Positions 1 through 13,440 are shown, counted from the stretch's first letter. The stretch: DNA of 64,000 nucleotides from Trichoplax sp. H2 (GCA_003344405.1 NOWV01000138.1:1-64000); one strand, 5' to 3'. The notes: a model not told the origin generated them from the letters alone. A program made the numbers and translations.

Positions 1-816
1 TTAATTTATGCCTTCGCTATTGATAAATTCTATATCGATAACTTATTTCCCCAACTGTTACTTAACCTTTACTAACATAAATAGATTGCATGACTTTGCT
101 ATTGTCTATCGATACGCGATTATTGATTTGTGCTTCAAAGTTTTCTTTGTTTAGGTCCCTCAAACGACATCAACATTTATGATGCACGTTAATTTGCATG
201 AACTTTGCACATGGTCATAATGACTAAATATGTAAGGATTTAATATCGAGTTCTGATATTATTCTGTTATCATAATATTTACAGGATAGAGTATTTTTAG
301 ATCATTTACAACGAATATTTAGCACTTATCTAGCTGCGGTATGTACTTTCCATTTAATAAATGCCTTGATTACGATAAATATATTAAATAACGCGAAATT
401 TATATTTTTTATTCTAATTTATTAGCAAGGATAACAGTTTGATTATTACAAAGTAAATAGTCAGTTCAGTTACAATAAACTTGAGAACTTGTTATTAATT
501 ATGGTACTTTATGGACTATTGAAAACATTGTATGCAAGTAAATTTTAGGTATTGCACAAGATGAAAACTTAAGTTAAGGACTGATTTCATAACTTAAAAG
601 TTGCAGCCAAGGATATTACTACTTGCAGTTTCGCCGTTCTATATCAAATAGGGTATACGGCTTGTATAAGAAATGTAGGAATAGTAACTTTGTTAACGTT
701 AGCGGACACCAAACGATTCAGACCAAATAGTAATGATCTAATCTAATATTACCGATACATGATGCATAGATAGCGAGTATATGTATATATTGCTGGTAAA
801 ATAAAGATTAGATGTA

Positions 817-1776
817 TTACATACTAGAATGGAATAGATTTTTAACTTCAGATATTATTCCAGCCCTGATTTGTTTATCAAATGTCACGTAAAGAAGTGG
901 ATTCAGAAAATGTATCGATAGGACGAGGCCATTTATAAAATAGTCCACTATAAACAAATAAATGTTACCAGATAAAAGGTGAACTAGGGGTTTTTGAGTT
1001 ATTGAAGCTATAACGCTGAATATAAAATAAGGTAAGCTTAGAAGTATATAACATGAGGTTATATAAATCAGAACTTTAATAAATTTTCTTCTCCTTGTAA
1101 AGTCTTCATGGAGCTGCTCTGATGTCCGAATGCCAGGTCGAACATAATTCTTTTGATAGATTGCAATTTTTGCATAAGACATGACAATCGTTGCAGTAGG
1201 CATAGCATATGAAATAAGTAACCAATGCAACAGATATACTCCTGAATCGACGCTCATTTCTGGAAAATCACATGTTGTAGGAAAATCTGGATACGAAGAC
1301 ACATACAATAACATTATTGATGTTACAGATATTGATACCAACCAAATGAGAATCTCAGTTGTAATCAGAAATCTTCGTTTGTGATTTCGGTAAAATGGCG
1401 AGAATGGTCTTACAATAACAAAATAGCGATCCACAGCGATCAATGCTAAATTCGTCATTGAAACCGCGTATGATGTAAATAAAATCGTTATACCAATACG
1501 ACATAGATTGGAACCAGCGACGAAATCTAAATTACCAAAGGTTATCATAATAAACATGATCAAGGCTGTACTTGCCGAGATAGTATCTGATATAACTGAC
1601 ATTCGAATCAAGCGATAGGTAGTCTTTTGGAATATTTTGTTTGTAGATAGCAGTTTGAGTAGAAGTATATTTAATATTAATCCAGTTGCGTGTGTCGGAA
1701 TAAAAATTCCCACAACATAGCGATAAATTTGTCTTATATTCGGTGGAAATAAGTTTGTCAAATTGAAGGTATTCAT
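817..1776 (-). CDS. Intronless rhodopsin-like (class A) GPCR, 319 aa, copy 1
   Basis: Seven hydrophobic segments; TM1 GLILN, TM2 SVISD, TM3 Cys (NLCR) and DRY, ECL2 Cys (TTCD), TM6 LSLP, TM7 NPLLY. Confidence 0.93.
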   Translation of the reverse strand: MNTFNLTNLFPPNIRQIYRYVVGIFIPTHATGLILNILLLKLLSTNKIFQKTTYRLIRMSVISDTISASTALIMFIMITFGNLDFVAGSNLCRIGITILFTSYAVSMTNLALIAVDRYFVIVRPFSPFYRNHKRRFLITTEILIWLVSISVTSIMLLYVSSYPDFPTTCDFPEMSVDSGVYLLHWLLISYAMPTATIVMSYAKIAIYQKNYVRPGIRTSEQLHEDFTRRRKFIKVLIYITSCYILLSLPYFIFSVIASITQKPLVHLLSGNIYLFIVDYFINGLVLSIHFLNPLLYVTFDKQIRAGIISEVKNLFHSSM

Positions 1777-2879
1777 TCTGTCAGTAACGTAAACGATGGA
1801 TTGATAGATAGCTTGTTATATTTGATGACTAGATAACACCTAGTTTACAATTAAATTTTCGAATATAAATTTATAATATATTCAACAAATAGAGAAGAAA
1901 ATTGCACTTAGCGCCTGAACTGATCTTAGAAAATGATGTTGGATAATTGAATACCAAGTGACTTAAACAGAGAAATAGACTTCATACATTTACCTGAACA
2001 ATCATAAACTAAGGAAATTTTAATAGAAATTCAATAGATCTTATCAAATATTGTAATAACTGTGTTTTATTCAAAATTTATAACTGAGCCATGAAATAAT
2101 TACTATATTATCTTAAAATTTAAGAGAAACTTTTGCTTTCACAAAACCTTATACTATTGTAGTGGTTAATTCTTAAGTTTTACATTTATTTAAATTGTGA
2201 TTACATTTACCACATTAGGATGGGATTCGCTTATTGTGACCTATATTTGTTTCTTATTTTATCTATATCACACGTTATATAATTGCAAATTACAAACCCA
2301 ATCGTATAGAGCAACTAATTAGTACATTTCCATTTAAAGGATGATTTTTCTTGTAGATTAATCTTTTTCAAAAGACATGTTATAAAGGAGCTCTACGTCT
2401 AAGCTAACGCCTACAATAGGGAATTAATGATGAGAACTAGATTTTACGACCGATAGGCTAAATATAGAAGCCTTACTTAACAGTCATTCTGGGTAATTTT
2501 TACATTCCTAGAAAGATATGTAATAGTATTAAACTTTGTACTTTAATATTGCATCTTTTTAATGGTCATAGAAACTCAATAACTGAGTGTACAGATAGAA
2601 CTGACAATGAAAATTTCATATACTAATGGTTGATTCATGATCATTTTGATAGCAGTTTTGCTACTATAAGAATTTGAGTTCTATTCCATTTTGTATACTA
2701 GGTATGATAAATATACAGCATATCTCTCATCACAATAATTTGATAATAACCATAAATTAGCATTTTAAAATTTACTAAAGCGGCAAGAGTGAAACATTGA
2801 AAACAAAATATCGCACCTAAAGTGAATAAAAAAACAACTTTGTTTAAGTCAGTAAACTGTTATAGAAAAATCGAAAAGA

Positions 2880-3240
2880 ATCGCAGATAGAGCCGATTTG
2901 CACGCTCTCAACCAATCAAACTATCTAAAGTGCAATGAAATGAAATATGTAGAAATCAAGCGACACAACTTCTAACAAACTTTGATTCTACTTTCTTAGC
3001 ACTCTAGTCGACTTAACGAAACTTTGGCACCAAATAATAATTGGGGAAACAACCGATCAATAATTTATTTATAAAACGTGAGATAGACAGATCAAACAAC
3101 CTTCCAAATACTTAATTCTAAGTATTATAAATCAAGAAATAAAAAAAGACAGAACTGAAACTGTCAACAACCAAACAACTTAACAAAAAGAAAATTGTTT
3201 TTACTTACAACAATTCGACCCAGAAGGCCTTTAAAATTAA
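2880..3240 (+). mobile_element. Possible decayed GIY-YIG endonuclease fragment (Penelope-like element relic)
   Basis: Hand translation gives YLKCNEMKYVEIKRH (cf. Y..C..C..YVGET.R) and later ENCFYLQQFDPEGL*N (cf. E..WI..L....P.GLN); stops are present. Confidence 0.35.
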
Positions 3241-5401
3241 ACAAGTTCATAAAGTCATAGACACTGAAAATTCTTCTTTACCTGAAATTCGTTAATTTGA
3301 GGGAACAATGAAAATTCATCCAAAAAAATTTAACTTCATTTCCATGTCTTCTGTTTCACAGATTAGTCATATAGATTAATATAAAATGTAATTTATTACG
3401 GTAAATTATGAAATGATAGCGATAATGAAAGCACGATCTTGGTAATATGTGCGTCAGAACAGGAAAATGCAATGTGTGCCGTAGTAAGCTAGTAGATTTT
3501 AAATCCTGTAAGCTATTAAATCAAAATCGCCTATGAGCCTTTCATGATAATCTAAAGATACCAATACTCTTATATAATGGTAATATGAAAAACTTTAATT
3601 TAAATCACCCTTAACTGTTTCAGTATCTTCAATTCATGGTTTTTTTAACAGTTTCTTCAACTTTGAATATTATTATCTCTGTAATCGACATTTTGTAATC
3701 AACTCACGTATCAATATTTGCCTAAACTCTTGTAATGAAGTACAATGAATGTTAACCTAATTCTATAGATATTGGAATTGATAACTTGGGCAAAATAATA
3801 GAGTTTCATAATTAAAAGCCAATTCTGGCCATGGTTATGAAATTATCAGTACAAAAGAATTTTAGCCTAAGCATCACAATGTTGTTTAAAATCCAGCCAT
3901 AATTTATGATAATACATCAATATCGGCATTACTTCCTGTATTCTTGATAATAGTCAATAACATTAGGCAACAAATATTATTTACTTTCACTAGGTTTCAT
4001 TTCTATCACAATCTCCTAATATAGATTTGTAAGTATTGACATCTCCTTTTTTACAATTTTCGCTGTAAAACTGAATGTTAGTTAAATTGGAATTATTTTA
4101 TATTGAAATTATTATAGCATTTTACCACGTCTTTGTATAATTATTTATAGGATTTCCTATTGTAAATTTGAAGCGGCATAAATCCATTTTCTGCAATATA
4201 ATTAACTAAAATTAAGTTCAAGCCATAAAAAAGAATACTTTTTCTCAACTAGATCATAATTATGTTCTACAATACGAATCATTTTACTTAAAATATCTCT
4301 GCTCTTTTATTAATATCAACACTGAAAGGTCCTAGAAACCTAACTATATCAAATATAGCTATCAATATAATCAAATTTATGGAGCATCACCGCAATTTTA
4401 TAGAAGCTAAATCTATTACATCTAAAACATAAAAATTAAATAGAATCATAAAGTAGATGAAGGCTTTTTCATATTATTTTTGAGATGTATTATTCCTGTC
4501 GCTAAGCTGTCAGCATATTGCATATTATAGAATATTAAGCTATCATTTTTCAGGCATTAAATTGATTTAATTGCTTTAAAGAATTGTCTTTCTGTTTGTT
4601 ATTCTTGTTAATCAATGCCTTCTCTATTAATGAATTCCACATTGATAACTATTATCCCCTCTCTGTTACATAGCCTTCATTAACATAAATGCATTTCAAG
4701 ATTTTTTCTAATGTTTGTTAGTAAACCATAAATAATTCGTAGCTTAAAATTTTCTTCGGCTAGGTCCCTAAACCTACTTTAATATTTAAGATGTATTTAA
4801 ATTTGCATGAACTGTACACGTAGTCACTGTTGACTAAATAAGCAAATGTTTAACATAAAACAGCTTTTATCGTGCTAACATTATAATTGCTAATGAATAG
4901 TGTTTTCAGATCATTTTTAATAAACATTTAGCACTTATTCTAGCAGCAAGAGATACTTTCCAGTTAATATCTTGCTTACGATATCACATTAAATGATACA
5001 AAATTAATTTTTTTACTCTAATGTATTACCAAGGGTAAGAGTTTGATTATTACATAGTAAATGGTTCATTTATTGTAGATGAAACTTGAGAATTTGTAAC
5101 TAGTTATGATAATTTATGGATTATCCAAAAAATTATTTGCTGACAATTTTTAGGTAATGTGAAACATGATAAAACTTAGGTTAAAGTCTAATTTCAAATT
5201 TTAAAAATTACAGCAAAGAATGTCATTACTTGAAAATCAGGGTGTACGCCTCATATAAGGATAGTTTGCAAATTTTTATAGAAATCGTAATCTTATTAAC
5301 GTAAGCTAACATTGAAACAATTCAGATCAATTAGTAATGACCTCATCTAATAACGAGCTTGTTCATAGATTGCTGATAAAAGAAAGCGAAGATTAGATGT
5401 A

Positions 5402-6361
5402 TTATTTACTACAATGGAATAGATTTTTAAGCTCAGATATTATTCCAGCCCTGATTTGTTTATCAAATACTAAGTAAATAAATGGGTTCATAAAGTGTAA
5501 CGATAACACCAGGCCTACTACAATATAGTTTAATAGAAATAAATAAATATTACCAGGTAAAATTTGCAAGAAAGGTTTCTGATATGCTGAAGATACAATG
5601 CTACATACAAACAAGGGCAAACTTAGAAGTATGTAACAAGACTTTATATAAATGAGCATTTTAATAAATTTTCTTGTCTTTGTAAAGTCTTTATGAAGCT
5701 GTTTTGATGTCCAAAACTCAGGGCGAACGTAATCCTTTTGATAATATGCAATTCTTGCATAAGACAAGAAAATCATTGTAATAGGGATGACGTATGATAT
5801 TATCAACCAACTCATGAAATACATCGATTGATTAAGGTTTAATTCTGTCATATTGCATGCTGTTGGCAATTCTGGATATGGAGACAAATCTATTAACATT
5901 GGTGATTTTGTAGATATCACAACTAACCAAATGAGAACCTCAGTTATAATCAGAAATTTTCGTTTACGATTCCGATAAAATGGTGATAATGGTCTTACAA
6001 TAGCAAAATAGCGATCTACAGCGACCAATGCTAAATTCATCATAGAAATAGCAAATGATGCGAATAAAATCGTTAAGCTGACACGACGTAGATTAAAACC
6101 AGCGACGAAATCCAGTCTACCAAAAGTAATGATAGTAAACATGATTACAGCTGTAATTGCCGAGATAGTATCTGATATAACTGACATTCGGATCAATTGA
6201 TAGGTTGCCTTTTAGAAATTTTTGTAAGCAAATAGTAGCTTGAGTATAAGTATATTTAATATTAATGCAGTAGTATGTGTCGGAATAAAACATGCTGCAG
6301 CATACCGATAAATCTGTCTAAAATGCTCTGGAAATATGCTGGTCCTATTGGAGATATTCAT
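5402..6361 (-). pseudogene. GPCR copy 2, nonsense pseudogene
   Basis: Same 960-bp span as copies 1 and 3 (ATG at 6359-6361). In-frame TAA at 6212-6214 where the paralogues have CAA (FQ). TM3 Cys is changed to Arg (NLRR vs NLCR). Confidence 0.88.
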
Positions 6362-7699
6362 TCTGCCAATGAGGTAAACGATGGCTTAAAATAGCTTGTA
6401 ATATTTGCTAAGTAGATACTTTCTGGTTTAGAATTAAATTTTCGAATGAAAATTAGAATTTATTCACCGAATGGAAGAGGAAAAGTATAACCAGCGTCTG
6501 AAATTATCTTGGAAAATGATACGCGATATAAAGAGCTTTCACTGCTATTTATTACACCACAATACGCGTATTAATTAATCTACCGTGTGACTCAATACCA
6601 TAAATAAATCACTTCAAATACTGCATGACGCATATATAGAGATTAGGCTATTCAATAGTGCCAAGAATGATCAAGAAGATAGAAGTACAGTAACAATCAA
6701 TTATCTTTTATCGTAATTCAACGCAATTTTTTCCGAGTAAATAATTGAAATAACGTTTTTTGATTTATTTATTTATTCAGTAACCCAGATTGTAAAATAG
6801 TACTTAGAATTCGTTATATCGCATACTATTTCCACACTAAATAAGGTATGATAGCAGTTACATCTACAATATTATTTGGGTCCTAGGAGATCAGAAATTT
6901 TAAGAAGCAACTATGCAAAAATACAGCTGTTAATCTGATAATTAATCAATTCTACCTAGTATGAATTATTGCCGTTACACTTGGAATTCGTTAATTTTAA
7001 TGAGTAATAGATATTTATCAACAGATGTTAATTTCATCTATATATTTACTATTTTCAAGGCTAAATTAGCTAAAATCAATTTCGAAAATAATAAAAACCT
7101 GATTTATTATAAGATATCATATAATACAACGACATAGCAGTGATGATGACCTAGAGCTGACTATGAAATTTCGGGCAACTACTCATATTCAGAAATAGCT
7201 TCTTCATATTCGCCTAGCTCGCCCGCCTTACGTAGCACCAATGTTACTATATGATTTCGCAACATCGGGATAGTTGTGAATAGCGATAATTGGATAATTG
7301 AATATTGGGGGACTTCTTAAGCATAGAAGTAGACTTTGCATATTTCTATGGACAATAATAGACTAAAGAACTTGCAATGGAATTGCTTAATACTATTAAC
7401 GATTAAATAATATTAAATAGTATGGCAACTATATTTTATTAAAAAATAATAATTGATCCGAGTCATCATTAAATAAGAAAATGAATTATTATCAAATAAA
7501 ATTTTAAGACTACTCTGTATTACGTTCAAATTTATAGAAAAACCAATATTTGCAGAATTTTCCATTATTAGTAGTATACGTAAACCGTAAGTTACATAAC
7601 AATTTAATTTTTACTTGGTTTGGCGAGAATACCTGTATGTGTTTGTATAATACAATTATGGTAGATAGGACAATTTCTTAATGAACTTTCTGTAATAGC

Positions 7700-8110
7700 C
7701 AACAGCTCAAAGTTACGAACGTATTTCTTTCTTTATTATACGATCTCGCTACACGGGGAAGATTGCAATTAAGAACCAATAATTGCATTTGGCTGATTTT
7801 TGATACCTGGATATTACCATTTTATACTTGCTCTGACGATAAAATGTAAGATCAAGATTGATGATCATACTGTACAGTTTTGCAACATCAGGATGAATAT
7901 GGCCAATAATTGGCAATAGAATTTCTGAGCGATTTCTTATGCATAGAAACCTTTTCTACATGCATGCATCGGCCATAATAGACAGATCCTATATTGTTAT
8001 CTATTGCAGCAATATTAGGATGATTATGGTCTAAAGCGTATCATTCAATTTTAAGGAATTTTTTATACGCAGCTATGGCCTGATTATGCTTGCTTCTATA
8101 TTGACGGAGG
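7700..8110 (-). pseudogene. Decayed TPR-repeat (kinesin light chain/NPHP3-type, TPR_12-like) gene fragment
   Basis: Minus-strand translation: KHNQAIAAYKKFLKIE*YALDHNHPNIAAIDNNIGSVYYG...SMHKKSLR, frameshift, then LPIIGHIHPDVAKLYS...YRQSKYKMVISRYQKS. About three TPR units with a stop and frameshifts. Confidence 0.75.
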
Positions 8111-8994
8111 CAATTATTTGTGAGACACTTTATTACAAAATCGTATACTCCGAACTGTTTCAAGAATCACGCTCTTAGATGTTAAATTGGACTTTACTGA
8201 AATTGCTAATTGTTATTTTGTAAACTTGACTAAGTTATTTTGGTTGTGATTGGATGTCTACTTTAGTTAGCAAATTGAAATGGTCGCAATTATAAACAAT
8301 CAAGTCATACTACAACAGCTATTTCTACTTCCGCATATTTTACCTGAGCTATACGCGTATTACTTCTAAAATACAAAATTGAGTAGAAATTTAAAATTTA
8401 ATCTAAATTACAAATGGAAGCCTTTCGTTATATTATTTTTTTATGCCTTTTATTTCAATCGTTAAACAGCCAACAGTCTGCAATGCGAATTTAGTCTTTG
8501 ATTAAACAAAATTCCTAAGACATAAAATCAACTTAATTACTGGAATAAAGGTTACACAGTTTTTTTTCTGCTTTTGGTAATTTTTAATGCCTATCTCATG
8601 TAGTAAATAGACAGAGAAGAGATTAATTTAATCAATTATAACTTGTTTTTACTTACTTTATTTTATCAATAAAGAAGAATAACGTATTGGTGACCCTGTA
8701 TATGTTGCAGAGCATGAAAATGCTTAAGTTAAGTTTCAAGTTCATAACTTACGAATAAACAATAAAGCGTTTAGTCGAATTTGATTACACTCTCCTGTAT
8801 TAAACAGGGCATAAACCCATTCTTAGCGGATTTCCATTGAAAATTATAATCTTTTAACGTTGGCTAACATTAAAATAGTTAAGGGCAACTAGTAATGATT
8901 TTATCAAGTGCAATCAATTCCGTATTGTATGAACTGCTACATGTAAACAGTGTATTACGAATTAGTGGTAAAATGAACAAATAAGTTAGATGTG

Positions 8995-9954
8995 CTACTT
9001 GCTACAGTGGAATAATCTAGCTAATTTTGATAACATCCCAGCACGTACTCGCTTATCAAACGTCATATAAATAGTTGGGTTTATAACGGGTAACGATGCC
9101 GCGATAGCTATGGCAAGATAAGCCAATATAAACGTAGATGTGTTACCTACTGACATACTAACGACCGATTTCTGATATATTCCAGATACTGTGCAATTTA
9201 GAGCATGAGGCAAAATTATTATTATATAGCATAATGTTATATAAATCAAGACTTTAATAAATTTCCGTCTATTCCTAAAGTCGTTATCGAGCTGTTCGGA
9301 TGTCCGAATACCAGGTCGAACATAGTTCTTTTGAAACGATATAATCTTTGCATAAGAAAAGATAATGGTTACGATAGGAATGGCATATGCTATAATTACC
9401 CAAAGTATCAGGTATATGGATTGATCAAGGTCCATGTGTGGAAAATCACATGATGTAGGCAAGCCAGGGATCGGAGCAAGATAAAGTATGAAAGGAGATG
9501 TGGCAGATATTGATATAAGCCAAACAAGAAATTCCGTAATAATCAGAAATTTTATTTTATGATTTCGATAAAATGGCGAGAATGGTCTTACGATAGAAAA
9601 ATAGCGATCTACGGCAACCAATGCTAAGTTCATGATGGAAATTGCAGTTGATGAAAATGTAGTAGTAGCTAAGACACGACAAAGATTGGAGCTGACGATG
9701 TAATCTAAATTAACAAAGATTGATATAGAAAACATAGTTGCAGTTGCTGTAACAGATATAACATCCGATATTACAAACATTCGAATCAAACGATAGGTAG
9801 AATTTTGGAAGTCATTGTCTGTGAAAAGTAAATTGAGTAAAACTATGTTCAATATTAATCCAATTACAAAAAGAGGAAGAAAACCCAACCAAATATCGTG
9901 ATAAATCTGTACAAAAAGCACTACAAATGAATTAGTAGTATTGGAAATAGCCAT
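8995..9954 (-). CDS. Intronless class A GPCR, 319 aa, copy 3
   Basis: Seven TM segments; NLCR, DRY, ILPH, NPTIY; collinear with copy 1. Confidence 0.93.
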   Translation of the reverse strand: MAISNTTNSFVVLFVQIYHDIWLGFLPLFVIGLILNIVLLNLLFTDNDFQNSTYRLIRMFVISDVISVTATATMFSISIFVNLDYIVSSNLCRVLATTTFSSTAISIMNLALVAVDRYFSIVRPFSPFYRNHKIKFLIITEFLVWLISISATSPFILYLAPIPGLPTSCDFPHMDLDQSIYLILWVIIAYAIPIVTIIFSYAKIISFQKNYVRPGIRTSEQLDNDFRNRRKFIKVLIYITLCYIIIILPHALNCTVSGIYQKSVVSMSVGNTSTFILAYLAIAIAASLPVINPTIYMTFDKRVRAGMLSKLARLFHCSK

Positions 9955-11791
9955 TCCTTTAGTAAGAAAATAATAAATTGATCGATAATTTGTAATATTT
10001 GGTAATTTGATAATATTATGCTTGAAATTAAATTTTAAAATGAAAAATTGGACTGTAACTGTTTAATAGACGAGAAAATGCGTAGCCAACATTAGGAGAT
10101 ATGGCAGCAAATGATGTATAATGAAAATGATATGCACTATTATTAAATTAAGCTGCAATAGGTATACCAATTGTTTTCCTCCATAAATTCAATACCATAA
10201 ACATTTCACAACATTACCTATACTGCATTAAGCTCAGGTGTTTGTTATTTAATGCTGCTTAAAATGACGGAATAGATTGCGGAAAATTATTAACAATCTT
10301 TTATATATATTGAACGCAACTTATTCTTATTCGTCCATTAACAATCAGCATGGCGGTTTATAATTGGTTTACCCTATGAACAGCATAATAGACTATTATC
10401 GAATAGTCCTTAGAATTGATTCTTTCGCTTGCTATCTCAGTACTATATTAAACATAGGGATATTTCCGTAATTCAATTTACTTTTTCATTACCATTTATA
10501 AAATTGAACTTACGTTCCAGTATATTACAAAAATAGATCCTCATAATGACATCCTTTTAATGTAGCGTAGTGATTCGTATGTAATATAGTACTGTGCACT
10601 TACGTAAAATATGATATAAGAAGCCGATTTAGGTTTTACATTCTAAAGCAGACTTCTGGTACAGTAATATGTTATCTACCTAATACTATAAGATTTATCA
10701 TCTACAGTTCACATAAAAAAATTTAAATCAATAAAGTCGTGTTACGAGTATGTGAAATATTAATGAACTTAAATTGACTATTAAACTGAATAAGTGCATA
10801 AGCTTATCATGCCTCATGAAGAATGTTTACATGGCTCTACAGTATCAGATCTTCTATTTAGGCAATTTGGTATGGAGGGATGTTATTATGGTATAAGATA
10901 GTGCAATCATATAGCTCTAATATTCTAATCGTTTTAATTTCATTTTACCTTTCCGTTTACCGATATAAATCCAAGAAATTCTGTAGTAATATCATATTAT
11001 CGCTTGATATCAATGAACGAAATTAGATATATTAGCAATAGTACTGAACCATGATTTATCAGTCCTTATAATATATCATAGCACATTATAATTTAAGTTC
11101 ATTCCGACACAGATACATTCAAAATTTTAGTTTAAGCGAAATAAAGAATAGTTTTGTACTTGTATTACGACCTCACTTTCTCATATTTTATTCAAACACT
11201 TAAAGTTCCAGTACAATATCTAACATTTTCTATTTTTTTGTATTAATAGTAAAAATTGCAACCATAAATGCGTATCCAAACCAATATGACAATGATCAAG
11301 GTCTAGCAGGTGATGGTTAGTAAATTATTCAAGATTATCGATATTTTCAAATAGTACTATCAATCCTCGAATAATTCTTCCATTATAATTAAAGGGAAAT
11401 TGATTAGACTAAATTACTCAATCTCAAATTTCAGAGACTATACTGGATACTCATGATATTCATTACCATCTAAAGGAAAGAAGTTATAAAAGGGAAGCGC
11501 ATCCTCTCCTGTTTTCAGGGATAATTTCAGGTAAACTGTGATCGTTAGATCAGAAGCAAGAAATTAATGGTTAGAGAATAATACGATTATTACAGCCCAT
11601 AATACAACTACTTGATTTAGTCACTGAATTCACTAAATAGTATTACTAGTAGAACGCATATTCGCTATATTTAGTGCACTGTATGCAATTGCACGTTTTA
11701 TTTTACGATATTATTAGCAGAAAAATGATTAGTCATTACCTAATCTTATTTTTTATCGTAAAAATATTCTTTCCATAAATATTTTTTATAG

Positions 11792-13440
11792 GCTATCCTC
11801 GAGTTGTAAAACGTTGCTCATCATGTAATGACCACATTATCACAATATCACAAGTGCTTCAAGTTCAACTTATGATTCCAAGCCAATGTCTAGCTGATGA
11901 TGTAGAAATAGCGCTATCGGTTTATTACATAGATCCTCCATACACTGATAATTTACAGATGAAGAACGACGATGGCTATCTGATTTATGTATCACCAATT
12001 ATTCGCCTTGAACCCGATGGGTATAAATTTTATAGTAATGAATTATTTCATGCAAATTTACATTAGCCGATATTCTTTTCAAGAATTGCGTCAATATTTC
12101 AAAGTCAATAATACTTAAGATCTGCCATTAAAATTAGCTCTACGAAGCCAGTCGGATAAAATTTGGAATATCCAAGATGTACATGATCAAATGATATCGA
12201 TATCACAAACAGACAATATATCTTACGTCAAGATATCAATCTGTCATTTCTCCAATTATTTCATCTTTTTTCGATCTACTATTTCAACTCTACAAAAGTT
12301 TTTGTTTCTAACGTATCAGAAAAGAGTTTGTGTAAAAGCTTCTCTATCAACAATCGATTACTGTCTGAATACAACTTATTTGAAGATTGTTTTACTAATG
12401 AAACATTACGGCAAATTCCTAAGGATTTTAAGTTCACATCGCTTTCAGCAGCCGAGCTCGAAAAGCAAATTATGGAGAATGGTCTATATCAAATCACTTT
12501 TAACGAAGACGGCCTAAATTGTAAAAATAGTAAATTGTTAGAGCAGACTATTAATATCAATTGGAATGTAACACTATGCTATTATCTCCATTACCAATGC
12601 TTTATTATAAGTCCAAATCGTAAGTCAACTGATGTAGCAAATCGAATAGTTACACCTATTGGTGATCAACGTGAATCAAATCCAAAATATTATTCTTGAT
12701 AATGGTAAGTTAATAGTATACGTCAGAAATATGATGATTCATTAAATCTAAGAATAGTCGTATGACTTTAACTTGACTTTCAGAACTAAACATTAAATAT
12801 CTATTTCGATCTTGCATAGACTTCATCAGAGCAAGTTCCTGATGATATTGAGCCAACATCGATTAAAACTGGTCACTATTATCCTTGTAATTCTAGAACG
12901 ATTTCAATGCAATAGGGCATCATTACAAGTTAAGTTTAATTTCTAGATTATCTAATACTAAAATTATGATTGAAGTAATTCACTCTATATTTGATTGTGT
13001 GTGTAGCTCTATTTGATATGATCAGGCTTCTAAGAATAGATATTATGGTGATACTAACATTAGATGATTGCTTACTACTATACTATACAGTGAACGTACC
13101 TTTTCAGAATTGCTGATGACTATATTAGCCAGTTGATTAATTATAGTACAAGATTTATGTGGCTAAACCTACTTTAATCTCGAAGATGCCCAATAGCGAA
13201 AGGCGCTGGACATTAACAGAAAAGTAGGGATTTTTTAAGTAGAATGATTCGGATTATAGAAAATAATGATTTATTTGAGGAAAAGTATTCTATTTTTATG
13301 ACTCAAGTCTGATTGTAGTTAATTATGCCATAAATGGATTTGATGAAATGTATTTAAGAAGTGCAGAGATGAAATCACAAGGGAGGCAGACTTAGCTTTG
13401 CTTTGAGCTCGGAATACTTTACATTTTAGACTAGGTTCTT
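11792..13440 (+). pseudogene. ZU5-domain gene (PIDD/UNC5/ankyrin-like) with disabling lesions; possible death-fold exons at 13090-13440
   Basis: After an acceptor at 11791: VQLMIPSQCL...VSPIIRLEPDGYKF (ZU5-like), TAG at 12064-12066, frameshifts, then W...VKISICHFSNY. ORFs 12191 and 12328 overlap out of frame. The death-fold assignment is tentative. Confidence 0.6.

Larger units (their letters stand above)
1..10450. repeat. Tandem triplication of the GPCR unit including non-coding flanks
   Basis: 1-800 resembles 4610-5400 (atgccttcgctattgataaattc vs atgccttctctattaatgaattc); ~4460 resembles ~8418; upstream flanks 1780-1940, 6365-6850 and 9960-10450 align by eye. Confidence 0.85.

Noticed and set aside
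1181-1384. 67-aa plus-strand ORF
   Set aside because: Antisense shadow of GPCR copy 1.
5402-6196. 264-aa ORF as an intact short GPCR
   Set aside because: It starts at a non-ATG codon downstream of the premature stop and lacks TM1.
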